Shown: positions 25,495 through 35,755 of the stretch, one piece after another
Numbering within the stretch: position 1 is the stretch's first letter
Layout of the letters: the number at the start of each line of letters is the position of its first letter
Made by a program: the position numbers and the translations under genes
Origin: Candidatus Hadarchaeum sp.
GTDB lineage: Archaea; Hadarchaeota; Hadarchaeia; Hadarchaeales; Hadarchaeaceae
DNA length: 36,957 bases
NCBI RefSeq assembly: GCF_038871235.1
Contig: NZ_JAVZIN010000012.1
Location: 1 to 36,957 of the forward strand
Direction of reading: 5' to 3'
The notes under the pieces: model-generated
Told to the model about the DNA's origin: nothing
The model's input: the letters and a program-made list of their open reading frames with translations, nothing else
The model's database searches: none

Positions 25495-26478
25495 TCACCC
25501 AGCCTTGAACAATCTCCTTTGGAGCATCTTGACTATCTGTTTTTTTACTTCTTCAAACGAGCCTTTACCGCTAACGCTGGCAGCTCCCGCGTGGCCGCCA
25601 CCGCTACCGTTAAACTGCTTTCCCAGTTCCTCCATCATTTCTCCAAGGTGTATCCCGGTCTCCTTGAGAAACTCGGGACTTGCTCGGCCACTTACCCTGA
25701 ACTCACCCTTCTCCTCCGACCCGACGAAGGCCACATCTGCACCAATTCTCACCAACATTCCCGCAGCATCACCCTCAAATGAGCCCAGATCAGAAAAAAC
25801 TATCAAGCGGCCGTTTATGCGCTGCAGCTCGGAGCGGCCGGCGGCCTTCAGCATGGCCACCCTTCTGGAGAGGTCATCAGGAGGCTTGAGTAGTTCGAGT
25901 GCCCGGTTGTAATCCGCGCCAGCCTTCAAAAGCCCTTCAACCACCGTGAAAGTCTCAGGACTGGCAAACCTGAAATGACCGGTGTCGCTGATGACCCCAA
26001 CCAGAAGTAGTGTGGCCTGCTCTGGCGTCAGCTTCAACCCCATCTCGACCAAAATCCGATAGATGAGTTCCGACTCTGAAGTAATATCCTCACGAACGTA
26101 ATAGAACTTCGCCAGTTGCCTCATCTCCTCAACTGGTCTATGATGATCTATAACCGCGAAAGCGATACCAGAGTCCCTCAGCTTCTTACCAAATTCACCC
26201 AAATGTCCAAAGCTCGAGGTGTCGACGAAAATGGCGAGGTCAAAATCCAGCTCTGGATTCACCTCAACCTTACGATTAAAGCTGTTCAGTACAACCTCGG
26301 AAATTGCAGCGAGATCGTCAGCTGTTGCGGCCTTGACCTGCGCCCCAAGCGATGACATCACCTCGGCCAAGACCACGGCGCTGGCAACCGCGTCTGGATC
26401 GGCATTACGGTGGCAGAGAATGACGATTCGCTGCCCACTTCTGACAGCTTGGGTTAAAAAGTCTGCCACATCTTTCAT
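25495..26478 (-). CDS. DHH/DHHA1 family phosphoesterase (NrnA/RecJ-like)
   Basis: HRNADPDA, VDTS, IDHH, SDTGHF, GGGHAGAA. Confidence 0.92.
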   Translation of the reverse strand: MKDVADFLTQAVRSGQRIVILCHRNADPDAVASAVVLAEVMSSLGAQVKAATADDLAAISEVVLNSFNRKVEVNPELDFDLAIFVDTSSFGHLGEFGKKLRDSGIAFAVIDHHRPVEEMRQLAKFYYVREDITSESELIYRILVEMGLKLTPEQATLLLVGVISDTGHFRFASPETFTVVEGLLKAGADYNRALELLKPPDDLSRRVAMLKAAGRSELQRINGRLIVFSDLGSFEGDAAGMLVRIGADVAFVGSEEKGEFRVSGRASPEFLKETGIHLGEMMEELGKQFNGSGGGHAGAASVSGKGSFEEVKKQIVKMLQRRLFKAG

Positions 26479-26487
26479 CTGGCCCGC

Positions 26488-26853
26488 CTAGCTCGCCAAA
26501 CCTTCCGATCCCTGTCCCTTTAGCGCCTCGTCAATCTTGCTCTGCATTTCCCTCAGGCGCTGGATGGCCCGTTCACTTTGACGCTCCAAGGTCTTAATCC
26601 TCAGATCCAGTGTTTCCTTCTGCTCGGCGAGACTCTTTTGGAGCTCAACCTTGCTGGCCTTCACCAGTATCGTTCCCAAGCTCTTGTAGACCACAGCGTC
26701 GTCCGGCAGTTTGACCAACTCCTCGTGCGCCCTCTCAGTCTCGCGAAGCAAGAGTTCAAGCTGCTGTCGCTGGCTCATCAGTATCTGCGCCTGCTGCTGC
26801 GCCTGCTGAAACTGGGCCAGCTGATGCCTTAGCTGAGGCGAAAGTTTATCCAT
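26488..26853 (-). CDS. pfdB: Prefoldin beta subunit
   Basis: MDKLSPQLRHQLAQFQQAQQQ, VYKSLGTILVK, coiled coil; ATG 26853 after GGAGG. Confidence 0.95.
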   Translation of the reverse strand: MDKLSPQLRHQLAQFQQAQQQAQILMSQRQQLELLLRETERAHEELVKLPDDAVVYKSLGTILVKASKVELQKSLAEQKETLDLRIKTLERQSERAIQRLREMQSKIDEALKGQGSEGLAS

Positions 26854-27121
26854 TGCGCTTCCTCCTTGGCTCCAACATGTCGCGCGCAACAATCGCCCAT
26901 CTTATGAACGAGTTGAGCGCTGCACGTAGGGCCGCTGTGTCTTCTGCCTCTACCTGTAAAAATAAAGCGTTTTCCCTTCGAAATACCTTCGCCTGACATC
27001 TAGAAGTGGCTGGCAATTCCTCCTCTGGGGCAAGAGCCTGCTTCACCACCTCAGCTTCGCGAACACTTTCAAATTCAATCCTCACTAGGGCGCTGGACTT
27101 CTCAGCTCGAACCACCCACAT
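26846..27121 (-). CDS. pcc1: KEOPS complex subunit Pcc1
   Basis: ALAPE, AEDTAALRAALNSFIRW; syntenic between brix and pfdB. Confidence 0.9.
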   Translation of the reverse strand: MWVVRAEKSSALVRIEFESVREAEVVKQALAPEEELPATSRCQAKVFRRENALFLQVEAEDTAALRAALNSFIRWAIVARDMLEPRRKRNG

Positions 27122-27644
27122 CACCCAACCGCTTAAACAGGGGACCAAAAGAACTCACCAACAACACAGGACCCACATCCTCAGCATCGGGCATGACCCC
27201 AAATTTTATTTTCAGACCATCCTTTGAGGTTATAAGAATAATCGGGCCTGACTCCGGCGTTCTCTCAACGCGGTCGATGCCCAGAATTTTCCCCAGCCAA
27301 CGGGCAAATTCTAAAGAGGATGCATCCTCCGCATAGATTCTTATTTTGCCCAAACGACCAAACTTGGTCTTTACCCGGCTAACCGTCACCCCGGCCAGCC
27401 TTATCGTGGCATCCATCCATCGCCATGTCTCCCTTACTTCTATAAAGCGGATTTCTCCTGGCTTGTCCAGTAAACTGCTGATGATCATGACCCGGTCATG
27501 ACCACGTTGCTTGGCCAGAAAGACTATCTTCTCAATCGTCTTTACGCCGCGAGGGATATACTCACTGCCGGGAAGAAACCGGGCCAACTCCCTGCCGAGG
27601 ACCCTAGCCAGATGACAAGGCCGCCTCGATGTGGTCAGCAGCAT
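27102..27644 (-). CDS. Brix/Imp4 domain ribosome biogenesis protein
   Basis: MLLTTSRRP..RG.K..PGEIRF N-terminus; superoperon position. Confidence 0.85.
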   Translation of the reverse strand: MLLTTSRRPCHLARVLGRELARFLPGSEYIPRGVKTIEKIVFLAKQRGHDRVMIISSLLDKPGEIRFIEVRETWRWMDATIRLAGVTVSRVKTKFGRLGKIRIYAEDASSLEFARWLGKILGIDRVERTPESGPIILITSKDGLKIKFGVMPDAEDVGPVLLVSSFGPLFKRLGDVGGSS

Positions 27645-27687
27645 GGCCCCCCCTAATTATCTCTGAGCTAGCTAAAATAGGGGTAAC

Positions 27688-27819
27688 TCATCTCGCCTTT
27701 ATCTTGCGGACAATATCCCGGCGCGGTTTGTAAAGGATCTTCGAACCACAGTAAGGACAACGCGGCCGGTTTTCCGGAAGTTTCTCCACCATTCTGCCGC
27801 ATTCACCACATCGATACAT
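27688..27819 (-). CDS. rpoP: DNA-directed RNA polymerase subunit P (Rpo12), absent from ORF track
   Basis: MYRCGECGRMVEKLPENRPRCPYCGSKILYKPRRDIVRKIKAR*; TAATG overlap with rpl37ae. Confidence 0.95.
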   Translation of the reverse strand: MYRCGECGRMVEKLPENRPRCPYCGSKILYKPRRDIVRKIKAR

Positions 27820-28079
27820 TACGCCCCCTCCTTTGACGGTGCCCTCTCAACCGTGGTCGCCATGACTGTGGGTGCGTAGGCGCCTCCAGCAAATTTGGCC
27901 CCACAGCGGCGACACTGCCAGATGGAAGAGCCGGTTCTTCTGACCTTCATCGCCCCACAGCTAGGACACTTGTACACCTGTTTCAGCTTCTTCTCAACTT
28001 CAACCACGAGCTTTCTTACCTTGGTACCGTAGCGGGGACCGAACCTGCCAGCGGAACCTATTTTTTTAGTCCGAGGCAT
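27819..28079 (-). CDS. rpl37ae: 50S ribosomal protein L37ae (eL43)
   Basis: GSAGRFGPRYG, CPSC, IWQCRRC, FAGGAY. Confidence 0.97.
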   Translation of the reverse strand: MPRTKKIGSAGRFGPRYGTKVRKLVVEVEKKLKQVYKCPSCGAMKVRRTGSSIWQCRRCGAKFAGGAYAPTVMATTVERAPSKEGA

Positions 28080-28083
28080 GCGC

Positions 28084-28848
28084 TCACCTCAGCTTCTCCC
28101 TAAGCTCCCTCGCTTTGGAGCTAGCCAAGTCATAAGCCTGTTCAAGCTCCTCGCGGGTAAAATACCCCTTACCGCCCTTTTGCATGGAACAGATGCTACC
28201 ATCTTCTATGGTGGTTATCGTCAGTCTAGCATCCATGACTCTCTCCTCGTCCAAGCAAGGGTCGACCACCAGTCTGCCATCGATCTTGGCAACCGTCACC
28301 GCCACCGGCAACTTAGAGAGGGGGAACTCCGACAGCCTCCAGTCCTCATCCTTCGGCGGCTTCACATCGGTTAGGGCGGCGATTGAGGCGAGGGCCGCTG
28401 CGTCGATGAGTCCACCATCGTGATCTAAAACATCAATATCGATAAAGACCGACCAGACATCTTCGCCCGGCTTTATCCCTAGCTTTTCCAAGTCAATGGC
28501 CTCTGATTCTCTAATGCCGCGGTCGACCACCCGCGCCAGCTCGATGGCCTCAACACGCGGTGGGCCGGGCTCAAAGGTGGGAGAGGCCAGCGGTAGCAGT
28601 TCCGCGTTCACGATTAAAACTCCGCTCTCAGGGGTGTCCGGGAAGGGCTCCGCATGCATCAATTTGACGCCGACGAGGACCTGGGTCTTGCCCAGCTTCA
28701 CCTTCGCCGATCCATTGGCTGTTTTTATCAGGCCTTTTTCCACCACGACCTCCCTGAGCTGGTCCAAGGCACGGCCGTCCACGCGCTTACCCTGTTTCAC
28801 CAAGTCAATTATATAGTCCCTCTTGACGCAGGAAATTATTTCATCCAT
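28084..28848 (-). CDS. rrp42: Exosome complex component Rrp42
   Basis: RVDGR, ANGSAKVKLG, FEPGPP, ELARVVDRGIRES, LDHDG, MQKGG. Confidence 0.96.
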   Translation of the reverse strand: MDEIISCVKRDYIIDLVKQGKRVDGRALDQLREVVVEKGLIKTANGSAKVKLGKTQVLVGVKLMHAEPFPDTPESGVLIVNAELLPLASPTFEPGPPRVEAIELARVVDRGIRESEAIDLEKLGIKPGEDVWSVFIDIDVLDHDGGLIDAAALASIAALTDVKPPKDEDWRLSEFPLSKLPVAVTVAKIDGRLVVDPCLDEERVMDARLTITTIEDGSICSMQKGGKGYFTREELEQAYDLASSKARELREKLR

Positions 28849-28850
28849 GG

Positions 28851-29573
28851 CTACTCACTCTCCTTAATAGCATACTTCTCCTTTAGTGCCTGCCGTTGCA
28901 CCTCATAGATCTTCTCACAGCCCTTGAAGGCTAAGTCCAGAGCCTGCTTAAACTCCTCCTTGGTGAAATGTCCATCCATCTGTAGAAGAGTTATCACTCT
29001 CTTTCTTGGAATAATCGCCACCGGCATGTCCGTGGTCCCAAACTGGTCCTCTTCCTTCATAAGGTCAAGAACAATGGTGTCATCAATTTTGCCCACCGCC
29101 ACCGATGAAACCAAATCTCTCATTGGTACTCCAGCATCGGCTAGCGCCACCGCAGCCGCGTTGATTCCGGCCGTTCTTGTCCCAGCATCCGCCTGCAGCA
29201 CTTCGATAAAGACATCGATCACCGATCTTGGATAAAGCTCCAAAAAAAGCACAGGCTCCAGTGCCTCCTGAGTGACCTTTGAGATCTCCATTGATCTTCT
29301 ATCCGGTCCCGGCTTCTTTCGGTCCTCGACCGAGAACGGTGCCATGCTGTACCGGCAGCGCAACACTGCCGAGTCTGGCTGCTGGTCGTGCCTCGGATGC
29401 ATTTCTCGAGGTCCATACACGGCAGCAAACACTTTATTATTTCCGAGTTCGACATAGGCTGAACCGTCGGCCCGCTCAAGAACTCCTGCTTTTATCTTCA
29501 GCGGCCTGAGCTCATCAGGTGCTCGGCCGTCTAGCCTTCTTCCATCAATCAACAATTTTTCCGGTTTTTCCAT
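28851..29573 (-). CDS. rrp41: Exosome complex exonuclease Rrp41
   Basis: [41 protein letters not shown]. Confidence 0.97.
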   Translation of the reverse strand: MEKPEKLLIDGRRLDGRAPDELRPLKIKAGVLERADGSAYVELGNNKVFAAVYGPREMHPRHDQQPDSAVLRCRYSMAPFSVEDRKKPGPDRRSMEISKVTQEALEPVLFLELYPRSVIDVFIEVLQADAGTRTAGINAAAVALADAGVPMRDLVSSVAVGKIDDTIVLDLMKEEDQFGTTDMPVAIIPRKRVITLLQMDGHFTKEEFKQALDLAFKGCEKIYEVQRQALKEKYAIKESE

Positions 29574-30269
29574 TCAAATTCCTCCTGCTTTTTCCTTTTC
29601 AAGCATGAGGGCCACCCGATCAGTAAGACCGGAGGTATGCGCCTCGCGCTCGATCATGAGTATGGCCTCCACGGCCAAGTTAACCATCTCAGGGTCATCT
29701 CCCCAGATTATTATCCTCCCGTTCTGGCCCACGGCAAGGGTACAGCCAGTCTTGGATTCTATAACTTTAAGCATGGATCCCTTACGACCCAGCACCCGCG
29801 GTATCTTTGCCGGCGATATCTCCACCAGCTTGCCACCCTTAATCTTACCCATGCCTCGCCCCGGAGTTTCCAGCAATACCCTCATATACTCATCGACTTC
29901 TTTGACTGAAGCAAGCACCACATCACCGATACCGAGGAACTTGCTTATATCCTCCTTGTTAAGGTCCACCTTTCGATGTACTAGCTCGGAAACAAAAAGA
30001 TTGGCCGTATATGGTGAGTTAATATCTAGGATCCAGCCTGAGGGGTGATTGTCGATGACCACGCCGATGACGAGATCGCCGACATGTGGTATGTAGCGAC
30101 CCTGAAGAGGTATCACCCTGACCCTGTCACCCTTAACATCGGCCAGCCCCACTACTGCGGAGTAGATTTTGCTGCCCTCACGGTAGGAACCCTCAAGGTG
30201 CCTGTAATCTCCTTCCGCAATCAGCTGCCCGGGAACCACTATCTCCCTGTTCTGAACGTGAATCATCAC
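29574..30269 (-). CDS. rrp4: Exosome RNA-binding protein Rrp4 (S1 + KH)
   Basis: VVPGQ, YIPHVGDLVIG, PRVLGRKGSM, GQNGRI, EAHTSGLTDR. Confidence 0.96.
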   Translation of the reverse strand: MMIHVQNREIVVPGQLIAEGDYRHLEGSYREGSKIYSAVVGLADVKGDRVRVIPLQGRYIPHVGDLVIGVVIDNHPSGWILDINSPYTANLFVSELVHRKVDLNKEDISKFLGIGDVVLASVKEVDEYMRVLLETPGRGMGKIKGGKLVEISPAKIPRVLGRKGSMLKVIESKTGCTLAVGQNGRIIIWGDDPEMVNLAVEAILMIEREAHTSGLTDRVALMLEKEKAGGI

Positions 30270-30958
30270 AACACCTTTGTTTCGGCCTCTCCCCTAGTCA
30301 GGTCGTTGAGCCTGTCGAAAAATTCTCCCTGCACCCCTGCAGGTATTTCCACAACCACGGCCCATGAGCCATCATTGAGCCACTGTTCCTGCTTCACCAC
30401 CCCGAACTCCCTCACCGTTCGTTGAACCCGGCCCACATAACTGGCTGGTATTTTTACCGCTATCCTCTTGCTTTCAAACTTCAGCGGCAGGATTGGAACC
30501 AGTGCCTTAACTATCTTAGGAATCTGCTCCTCGGCGCTCTTGTACTCATCTATTTGAACCTTGGCCTCGTTGATTGCCGTTTCAATCCTAGCTGGGGGGT
30601 GTGGCAGCCCAGTCTGTGGATTGACCGCACGTCTGGAGATTATGGCCACCACCTGTTTCAGCCTCTGTTCTCGCATCCGTCGCCTTTGCTCCGTGGTGAT
30701 CTGAACTTCGCCCTTTTTTACGATCTGCTCGGCAACCTTGTAGACATCGGTGGTCCCAAAAACTTTCCGGATCATCTCCTCAGATGCCACGTCGCCTTTT
30801 TTTGAGTCCTTGAAGATCTTATCGCTGGCCAGCAGGCTACGCATGTCCACGCTACCGCCTGTCCTCAAGCTAAGCGCCAGCTCGGGATCTACGAGCACCT
30901 CAAAGGTCGTCCCATGACTGGACAACCTAGCTACAACAGCGTCCTCTAACTTGACCAT
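30266..30958 (-). CDS. Ribosome maturation protein SBDS/Sdo1
   Basis: FEVLVDP, GEVQITTEQRR, NPQTGLPHPPARIE. Confidence 0.96.
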   Translation of the reverse strand: MVKLEDAVVARLSSHGTTFEVLVDPELALSLRTGGSVDMRSLLASDKIFKDSKKGDVASEEMIRKVFGTTDVYKVAEQIVKKGEVQITTEQRRRMREQRLKQVVAIISRRAVNPQTGLPHPPARIETAINEAKVQIDEYKSAEEQIPKIVKALVPILPLKFESKRIAVKIPASYVGRVQRTVREFGVVKQEQWLNDGSWAVVVEIPAGVQGEFFDRLNDLTRGEAETKVL

Positions 30959-30964
30959 GGTCCG

Positions 30965-31717
30965 CTACTCCTTCGCGGACTTGGTCTGCGGCTTAGGGCC
31001 CAACTTCCTTATGTACTTGGCTATTTCCTCATTGCTCAGCTTCTCAAAACGCCCTGTCTTTACCGGTATAATTGCCATCTCCACGTTCTCCTCGGTAAAC
31101 TCACCCTCAACAACCAGCCGAAGTGCTTCCAAAGCGAGGAGAATGGCATCTTCAAGAGAAAGCTTCTCGTCATAATTCTTCTCAAAGAAATCGGTCACTG
31201 TCTGGGCTCCGCCCCCAATGGCCTGACACTTGTACGCCGCCACAACTCCGCTAGGGTCCGTCTCAAAGAGACGGGGTTTCTTGTCATCAACGCCGGCAAT
31301 GAGAAGTCTAGCACCAAATGGTCTGACGCCGCCGTGCTGAGTGTAGAGCTGCTTGGTATCCCCGATGCGTTTAGCCAATGATTCTACGCTTATCGCCTCG
31401 TCATAACGCAAACGGTTGATCTGGGCCTCTATGCGCGCGTGATCGATCAATACGCGAGCATCTGCAATCAAACCCGATGCTGCAGCCCCGATATGCTCGT
31501 CCACTTGAAAAATTTTCTCGATCGAAGTTTCTTCCACCAGTTTGCTCCGAACCCTTTTTTCCGCAGCCAGAACCACGCCTTCATTTACCTTGATTCCCAG
31601 AGCCGTCAGCCCGCGCTTGACGGCCTCCTGGGCATATTGGACCTGGAAGAGTTTACCATCTGGGCTGAAGACAGTTATCGCCCTGTCATAACCTGCTCCA
31701 GGTGGTACAAACGCCAT
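30965..31717 (-). CDS. psmA: Proteasome alpha subunit
   Basis: GYDRAITVFSPDGKLFQVQYA, SGLIADARVL, GGVRPFG, ETDPSG. Start ATG 31717 or slightly upstream. Confidence 0.97.
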   Translation of the reverse strand: MAFVPPGAGYDRAITVFSPDGKLFQVQYAQEAVKRGLTALGIKVNEGVVLAAEKRVRSKLVEETSIEKIFQVDEHIGAAASGLIADARVLIDHARIEAQINRLRYDEAISVESLAKRIGDTKQLYTQHGGVRPFGARLLIAGVDDKKPRLFETDPSGVVAAYKCQAIGGGAQTVTDFFEKNYDEKLSLEDAILLALEALRLVVEGEFTEENVEMAIIPVKTGRFEKLSNEEIAKYIRKLGPKPQTKSAKE

Positions 31718-31783
31718 GCGCATCAACCTTTCTTAAACCAGTGACTATGATTCAATAACTGTAAGATATAGACATATTTAACA

Positions 31784-32092
31784 TTAGCGGCAGCTCCCAG
31801 CAACGCCCCCTTCGCCCTCAGGCCCAAAAAATTTTCTTTTGGCAGCCCTCATCGTACCAGAAACTCCGATAATCTTCATTGGAACTCCTCTCTCAGCTAT
31901 CTTTTCTCTGAGCTCATCTAAGAGTCGATGAGAACAGAAAAGAATGCCCTTTCCCAAATTTTCATCGTAAATAACTGTTCTGATCTCCCTGTGGTCTGCT
32001 TGCAACTCCTCGCAAAGCCAAGCTAGTGTTTGTCTGATATTCAGGTTTCCATCGACAATCTCAAACACCACATATCTTCGCCTAAGCCTCAT
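31784..32092 (-). CDS. rnp2: RNase P protein Pop5/Rpp14-like (short, divergent)
   Basis: RRRYVVFEI, GILFCSH, GVSGTMRAAKRKF; directly upstream of psmA. Confidence 0.75.
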   Translation of the reverse strand: MRLRRRYVVFEIVDGNLNIRQTLAWLCEELQADHREIRTVIYDENLGKGILFCSHRLLDELREKIAERGVPMKIIGVSGTMRAAKRKFFGPEGEGGVAGSCR

Positions 32093-32541
32093 GATCTCTC
32101 ACCGGCTGCAAGAAAATCCACCACCTTCGCCACAGCCACGTCACGTTTGGCGGGAAATGATATTACCTTGAGCTTCACATGAATTGACTCACCCAGCTCG
32201 GTGAGGACCAGCCTGCCCTCGCTCGCACACTGTTTGTCAAACCTAAGATAAAGAAAACATGAGTCATCCATTCTTTCTTCAACCGCTTTTCGGAGATCTG
32301 AGAAAGTAGCCTCATCCATCTTCATTCGAATGGTCTGCCAAAGATCCTTGAGTTCCTTTCTCTGGTTAATTCTAGCCTCAAAAACTATGATAGGATTTCC
32401 GTGATGTCCAGTCAGGTGTGACCTGCGTACGCCCACAGATGAAGGTAAAAAACTTCTTAGTAATTCCAGAACCTTCTGCTCGTCCTCGGTGGCATGCGCA
32501 TGTAAGCTTATTACCGCGCTGCTAAAGGGAAACTTCATCAA
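32089..32541 (-). CDS. DUF54 / COG1325 exosome-associated RNA-binding protein
   Basis: HATEDEQKV, GHHGNPI, LYLRFDKQ. Confidence 0.88.
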   Translation of the reverse strand: MMKFPFSSAVISLHAHATEDEQKVLELLRSFLPSSVGVRRSHLTGHHGNPIIVFEARINQRKELKDLWQTIRMKMDEATFSDLRKAVEERMDDSCFLYLRFDKQCASEGRLVLTELGESIHVKLKVISFPAKRDVAVAKVVDFLAAGERS

Positions 32542-32542
32542 C

Positions 32543-33082
32543 TCACTTTATTCTCTTCCGGGCTCTGACGCTCGGCCTCATGCGCTCCGCTCCCTTGCCC
32601 TTCCTAGTCAGCCCGCGGGACTTTTTTCCCGCGTGCGTCAGGCCCCGGTAGACTCGCCCCCGATGTTCCCCAGCCGCTATCCAGCTCAGCTGGGGGTCGC
32701 TTTTGATTGCAGGATGATGGGGATCAATCATGATGACCTCATAGTACTTATGGGTGCCATTCTCCGCAACCTTGTAGGAGTTGAGAACCTCTAGGTTGGG
32801 GTATTTTCTCGCTGCCCTTTCCTCGGCAATAAGCTGAAGGTTTTTCTTGGGAACTATCTTCAAAACGCCCATACGCTTCGGTCTTCTGCCGCGCGAAGGC
32901 CTCTCCTTTCTCCTGCCTCCTCTCCTGACTCTAACCCTGACCACGATGACGCCCTGCTTGGCCTTGTAGCCCAGCGATCTGGCCCGTTTTGGATTGGTGG
33001 GGCCATCTATGCGCTGGATGGCCGGAGCCCTGCGCCACTCTGATAGGTGGCTTCTTAATAATCCTGCTTGTTCTGTCGCCAA
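32543..33082 (-). CDS. rpl15e: 50S ribosomal protein L15e
   Basis: [37 protein letters not shown]; TTG start. Confidence 0.97.
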   Translation of the reverse strand: MATEQAGLLRSHLSEWRRAPAIQRIDGPTNPKRARSLGYKAKQGVIVVRVRVRRGGRRKERPSRGRRPKRMGVLKIVPKKNLQLIAEERAARKYPNLEVLNSYKVAENGTHKYYEVIMIDPHHPAIKSDPQLSWIAAGEHRGRVYRGLTHAGKKSRGLTRKGKGAERMRPSVRARKRIK

Positions 33083-33098
33083 ACTAACACCACCAAAG

Positions 33099-34007
33099 TT
33101 ATGCTATTGCTTCCTTTATCTTCTCCGATATAAGGATGGCTGCTTCCTTCTGGGCCTCATGTGTAGATGCTCCAATGTGAGGCGTCAGGATCACGTTGGA
33201 TAGCTTCAATAATGGGCTATCAACCGGTGGCTCGCGAGAAAACACGTCAAGGCAGGCCCCGGCAATTTTTCCGCCCGTGAGAGCCTCGATCAAAGCGTTC
33301 TCATCGACTATTTCCCCTCGGGAAGTGTTAATTAAAACAGCGGTTGATTTCATCAGTCCAAGTTCCCTTCTTCCGATCAGGTGCCTAGTCTCCGGTGTCA
33401 GCGGTAAGTGGATGGTCAAGTAATCCGCCTGTTTGAGAACCGTGTCCAAGTCGGTATATTCACAAGCAGTCTTGGCAATAAATTCCGGATAGACCACGCA
33501 GTCCTGAGCAACTATCTTCATCCCAAAGGCAACGGCAAGACTACCAACGCGCTGCCCGATCTTGCCAGTCCCAATTATGCCCAGAGTCTTTCCACGCAAC
33601 TCCGTGCCCATCAGCTCGGATTTCAGCCACTTCCCCTGCTTCATGCTAGAGTCAGCCTGCGGCAAGCGCCTAGCCCAAGAGAGCATTAAACCGATTACCA
33701 GCTCTGCCACTGCTTCGGTTGGTGCCTCGGGGGTGTTAAGAACTTTTATCCCTCTGGCCTTCGCCGCCTCAACATCGATGTTGTCAACGCCAGCCCCGGC
33801 GCGGCCTATTATGCGGAGCTTCTTTCCGGCCTCGATAACCTCCTTTGTCACCTTGGTCGCACTACGGACAACCAGCACCTCATAATTTTTGATGCGTTCA
33901 AGTAGTTCTGGAGGTTTCAACCCAATCGCAAGGTCGACGTTGGCAACTTCCTTAAGTCGCCTGATACCTTCTTCGTCTATCTTATCAGTAATCAGTATAT
34001 TCACCAT
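33099..34007 (-). CDS. D-isomer 2-hydroxyacid dehydrogenase, short D-3-phosphoglycerate dehydrogenase-like
   Basis: [51 protein letters not shown]; no ACT domain. Confidence 0.85.
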   Translation of the reverse strand: MVNILITDKIDEEGIRRLKEVANVDLAIGLKPPELLERIKNYEVLVVRSATKVTKEVIEAGKKLRIIGRAGAGVDNIDVEAAKARGIKVLNTPEAPTEAVAELVIGLMLSWARRLPQADSSMKQGKWLKSELMGTELRGKTLGIIGTGKIGQRVGSLAVAFGMKIVAQDCVVYPEFIAKTACEYTDLDTVLKQADYLTIHLPLTPETRHLIGRRELGLMKSTAVLINTSRGEIVDENALIEALTGGKIAGACLDVFSREPPVDSPLLKLSNVILTPHIGASTHEAQKEAAILISEKIKEAIA

Positions 34008-34207
34008 TTTACCACACCATCATAATTAAACTCGCCTAATTTATAGCCGTTCCAGATAAATATTTTTTTTAATCACTTAAACATAGGATGCCAAAAAAGT
34101 ATTTTTTTCAAGCCACTATTTTCCCTATCTTGACGGTTAAGCACAGGCTTTGAAAGGCCGAAATTTCAAATATTAAGCCTCAAAAATCAGGGCACGAGAA
34201 TCCAAAA

Positions 34208-35410
34208 TCAGCGCCCCCGGCTGGAAACTATCTTGATAATGTCGCCGTCCTTAAGCTGGTAGTCCTCACCAAGCCTACGTTTCGTCCTAGCGTCGATCGC
34301 ATAGAGAAAGGCCTCGCCTAACTCAGTATGGATGGTGTAAGCGAACTCCCTCGCGGTGGTTCCCCTGCGAACAAGAAAAGCATCGGGGAGTATATTGCCA
34401 TTTTTGTCTGTTAGCTTGTGCTCATCATCTACCGGGTAAACTACAATCAGCTTTAGCAGCTCGTAAATTGCCTTGTCGACCACCTGCTGCACGCCGGTCG
34501 AGCCGAATTTTTTCAGCAACACCGAGATCTTTTCCAACGCCATCTTTTGTTGTTCGTTCAGCAGTTCCGGCTTTAACAACTTGAACTCAGCATCTCCCGG
34601 ATGGTATTCAATTATGCCTCTTTCCGCCGCACGCCTCAGGATTAACTCGGCTTCTGAGCAGGTCGGCACGACAATGTAGCCGCGCTTCTTCAAACGCTCG
34701 ATGTTGGCCTCCGCGGTTGGAACATCAGATTTGTTGGCCGCGATCATTATGGGCTTACTAACCTTCCGCAACTCTGCCACAAATCTAAGCAGATCATCAG
34801 CTGTCCATCTTTCGGGGTCGAACTGATCCACGGCCGCCTGTTTGAAAGCCTCAGAAACATGGTTGGATTTCACTCCCAAACCGCTAAGGCGATTGGTTAT
34901 CTCTTTTACCAAATCCAGCTTCTCGTACTTGGCTCGGCGCGCAAACTTGGGCCAGTCCTTAGAAAGCAGACCCCTAATCCACATGGCAATCTCAACTTCA
35001 AGAAAATCGATGTCCTTCAAAGGATCATGGGTGCTAGGGGGGCATGGTCTTCCCTCACCGTCGGTCCCCCCAGAAGCATCTATTATGTGGATCAAAGCTG
35101 CCGCCATGCGCAGATTGTCTAGAAATCTGTTCCCCAGCCCCCTCCCCATGTGTGCGCCTTCGACCAAGCCGGCCACGTCGATGATCCTCACCGGTACGTG
35201 GCGAATACCGTTAATGCACTTGGAATTCTGCGGATTGCAGACCACGTTGAACTCCCGGCAGGGACATTTGCTGCGAACGTAGGTTACCCCGACATTAGCA
35301 TCGATCGTGGTGAATGGATATCCGGCCACTGGAGCGTTGGCCAGTGTCACCGCATTGAAAAAAGTCGTCTTGCCCGTGTTGGGCTTGCCGACTAGTCCCA
35401 GCTCAAGCAC
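34208..35410 (-). CDS. ychF: YchF/OLA1-like Obg-family NTPase with TGS domain
   Basis: GKPNTGKTT, YPFTTI, DVAGL, ANKSD, CPC..C..C insert, IHTELG TGS domain. Confidence 0.93.
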   Translation of the reverse strand: MLELGLVGKPNTGKTTFFNAVTLANAPVAGYPFTTIDANVGVTYVRSKCPCREFNVVCNPQNSKCINGIRHVPVRIIDVAGLVEGAHMGRGLGNRFLDNLRMAAALIHIIDASGGTDGEGRPCPPSTHDPLKDIDFLEVEIAMWIRGLLSKDWPKFARRAKYEKLDLVKEITNRLSGLGVKSNHVSEAFKQAAVDQFDPERWTADDLLRFVAELRKVSKPIMIAANKSDVPTAEANIERLKKRGYIVVPTCSEAELILRRAAERGIIEYHPGDAEFKLLKPELLNEQQKMALEKISVLLKKFGSTGVQQVVDKAIYELLKLIVVYPVDDEHKLTDKNGNILPDAFLVRRGTTAREFAYTIHTELGEAFLYAIDARTKRRLGEDYQLKDGDIIKIVSSRGR

Positions 35411-35412
35411 GA

Positions 35413-35754
35413 TTAACCCTTCGCAACACGCTCGTAGTATCCCGGCTCCTTGTGGCTGCCAAAGCTGTCCAGCCCCTGTTCAACCAACTGCCTCCGGAGC
35501 CTCTTGGCGTAATCCTCGTTGATCTCCTTTCTGACCTCAAGATAGTTTATTATTTCCAAGGCTTGCTCCTCCGTCGAACACCTGCGGATAAAATCAACCG
35601 CGGTTGGTATGTAACCTTGACCCAGACCAGCTGCCCTTTCCCCTTCATCAATCGTACTTCTAACAGCGTTTATCCTAATGCTGCCCTTGCCTCCCATTTC
35701 TCTAGCCAAGTTCGGATATTTTTTCCTAAATTCCTCTTCTGAATACTCGCCCAT
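35413..35754 (-). CDS. DUF2095 family protein
   Basis: FRKKYPNLARE, GYIPTAVDFIRRC..EQALEIINYL, SFGSHKEPGYY. Confidence 0.8.
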   Translation of the reverse strand: MGEYSEEEFRKKYPNLAREMGGKGSIRINAVRSTIDEGERAAGLGQGYIPTAVDFIRRCSTEEQALEIINYLEVRKEINEDYAKRLRRQLVEQGLDSFGSHKEPGYYERVAKG

Positions 35755-35755
35755 T

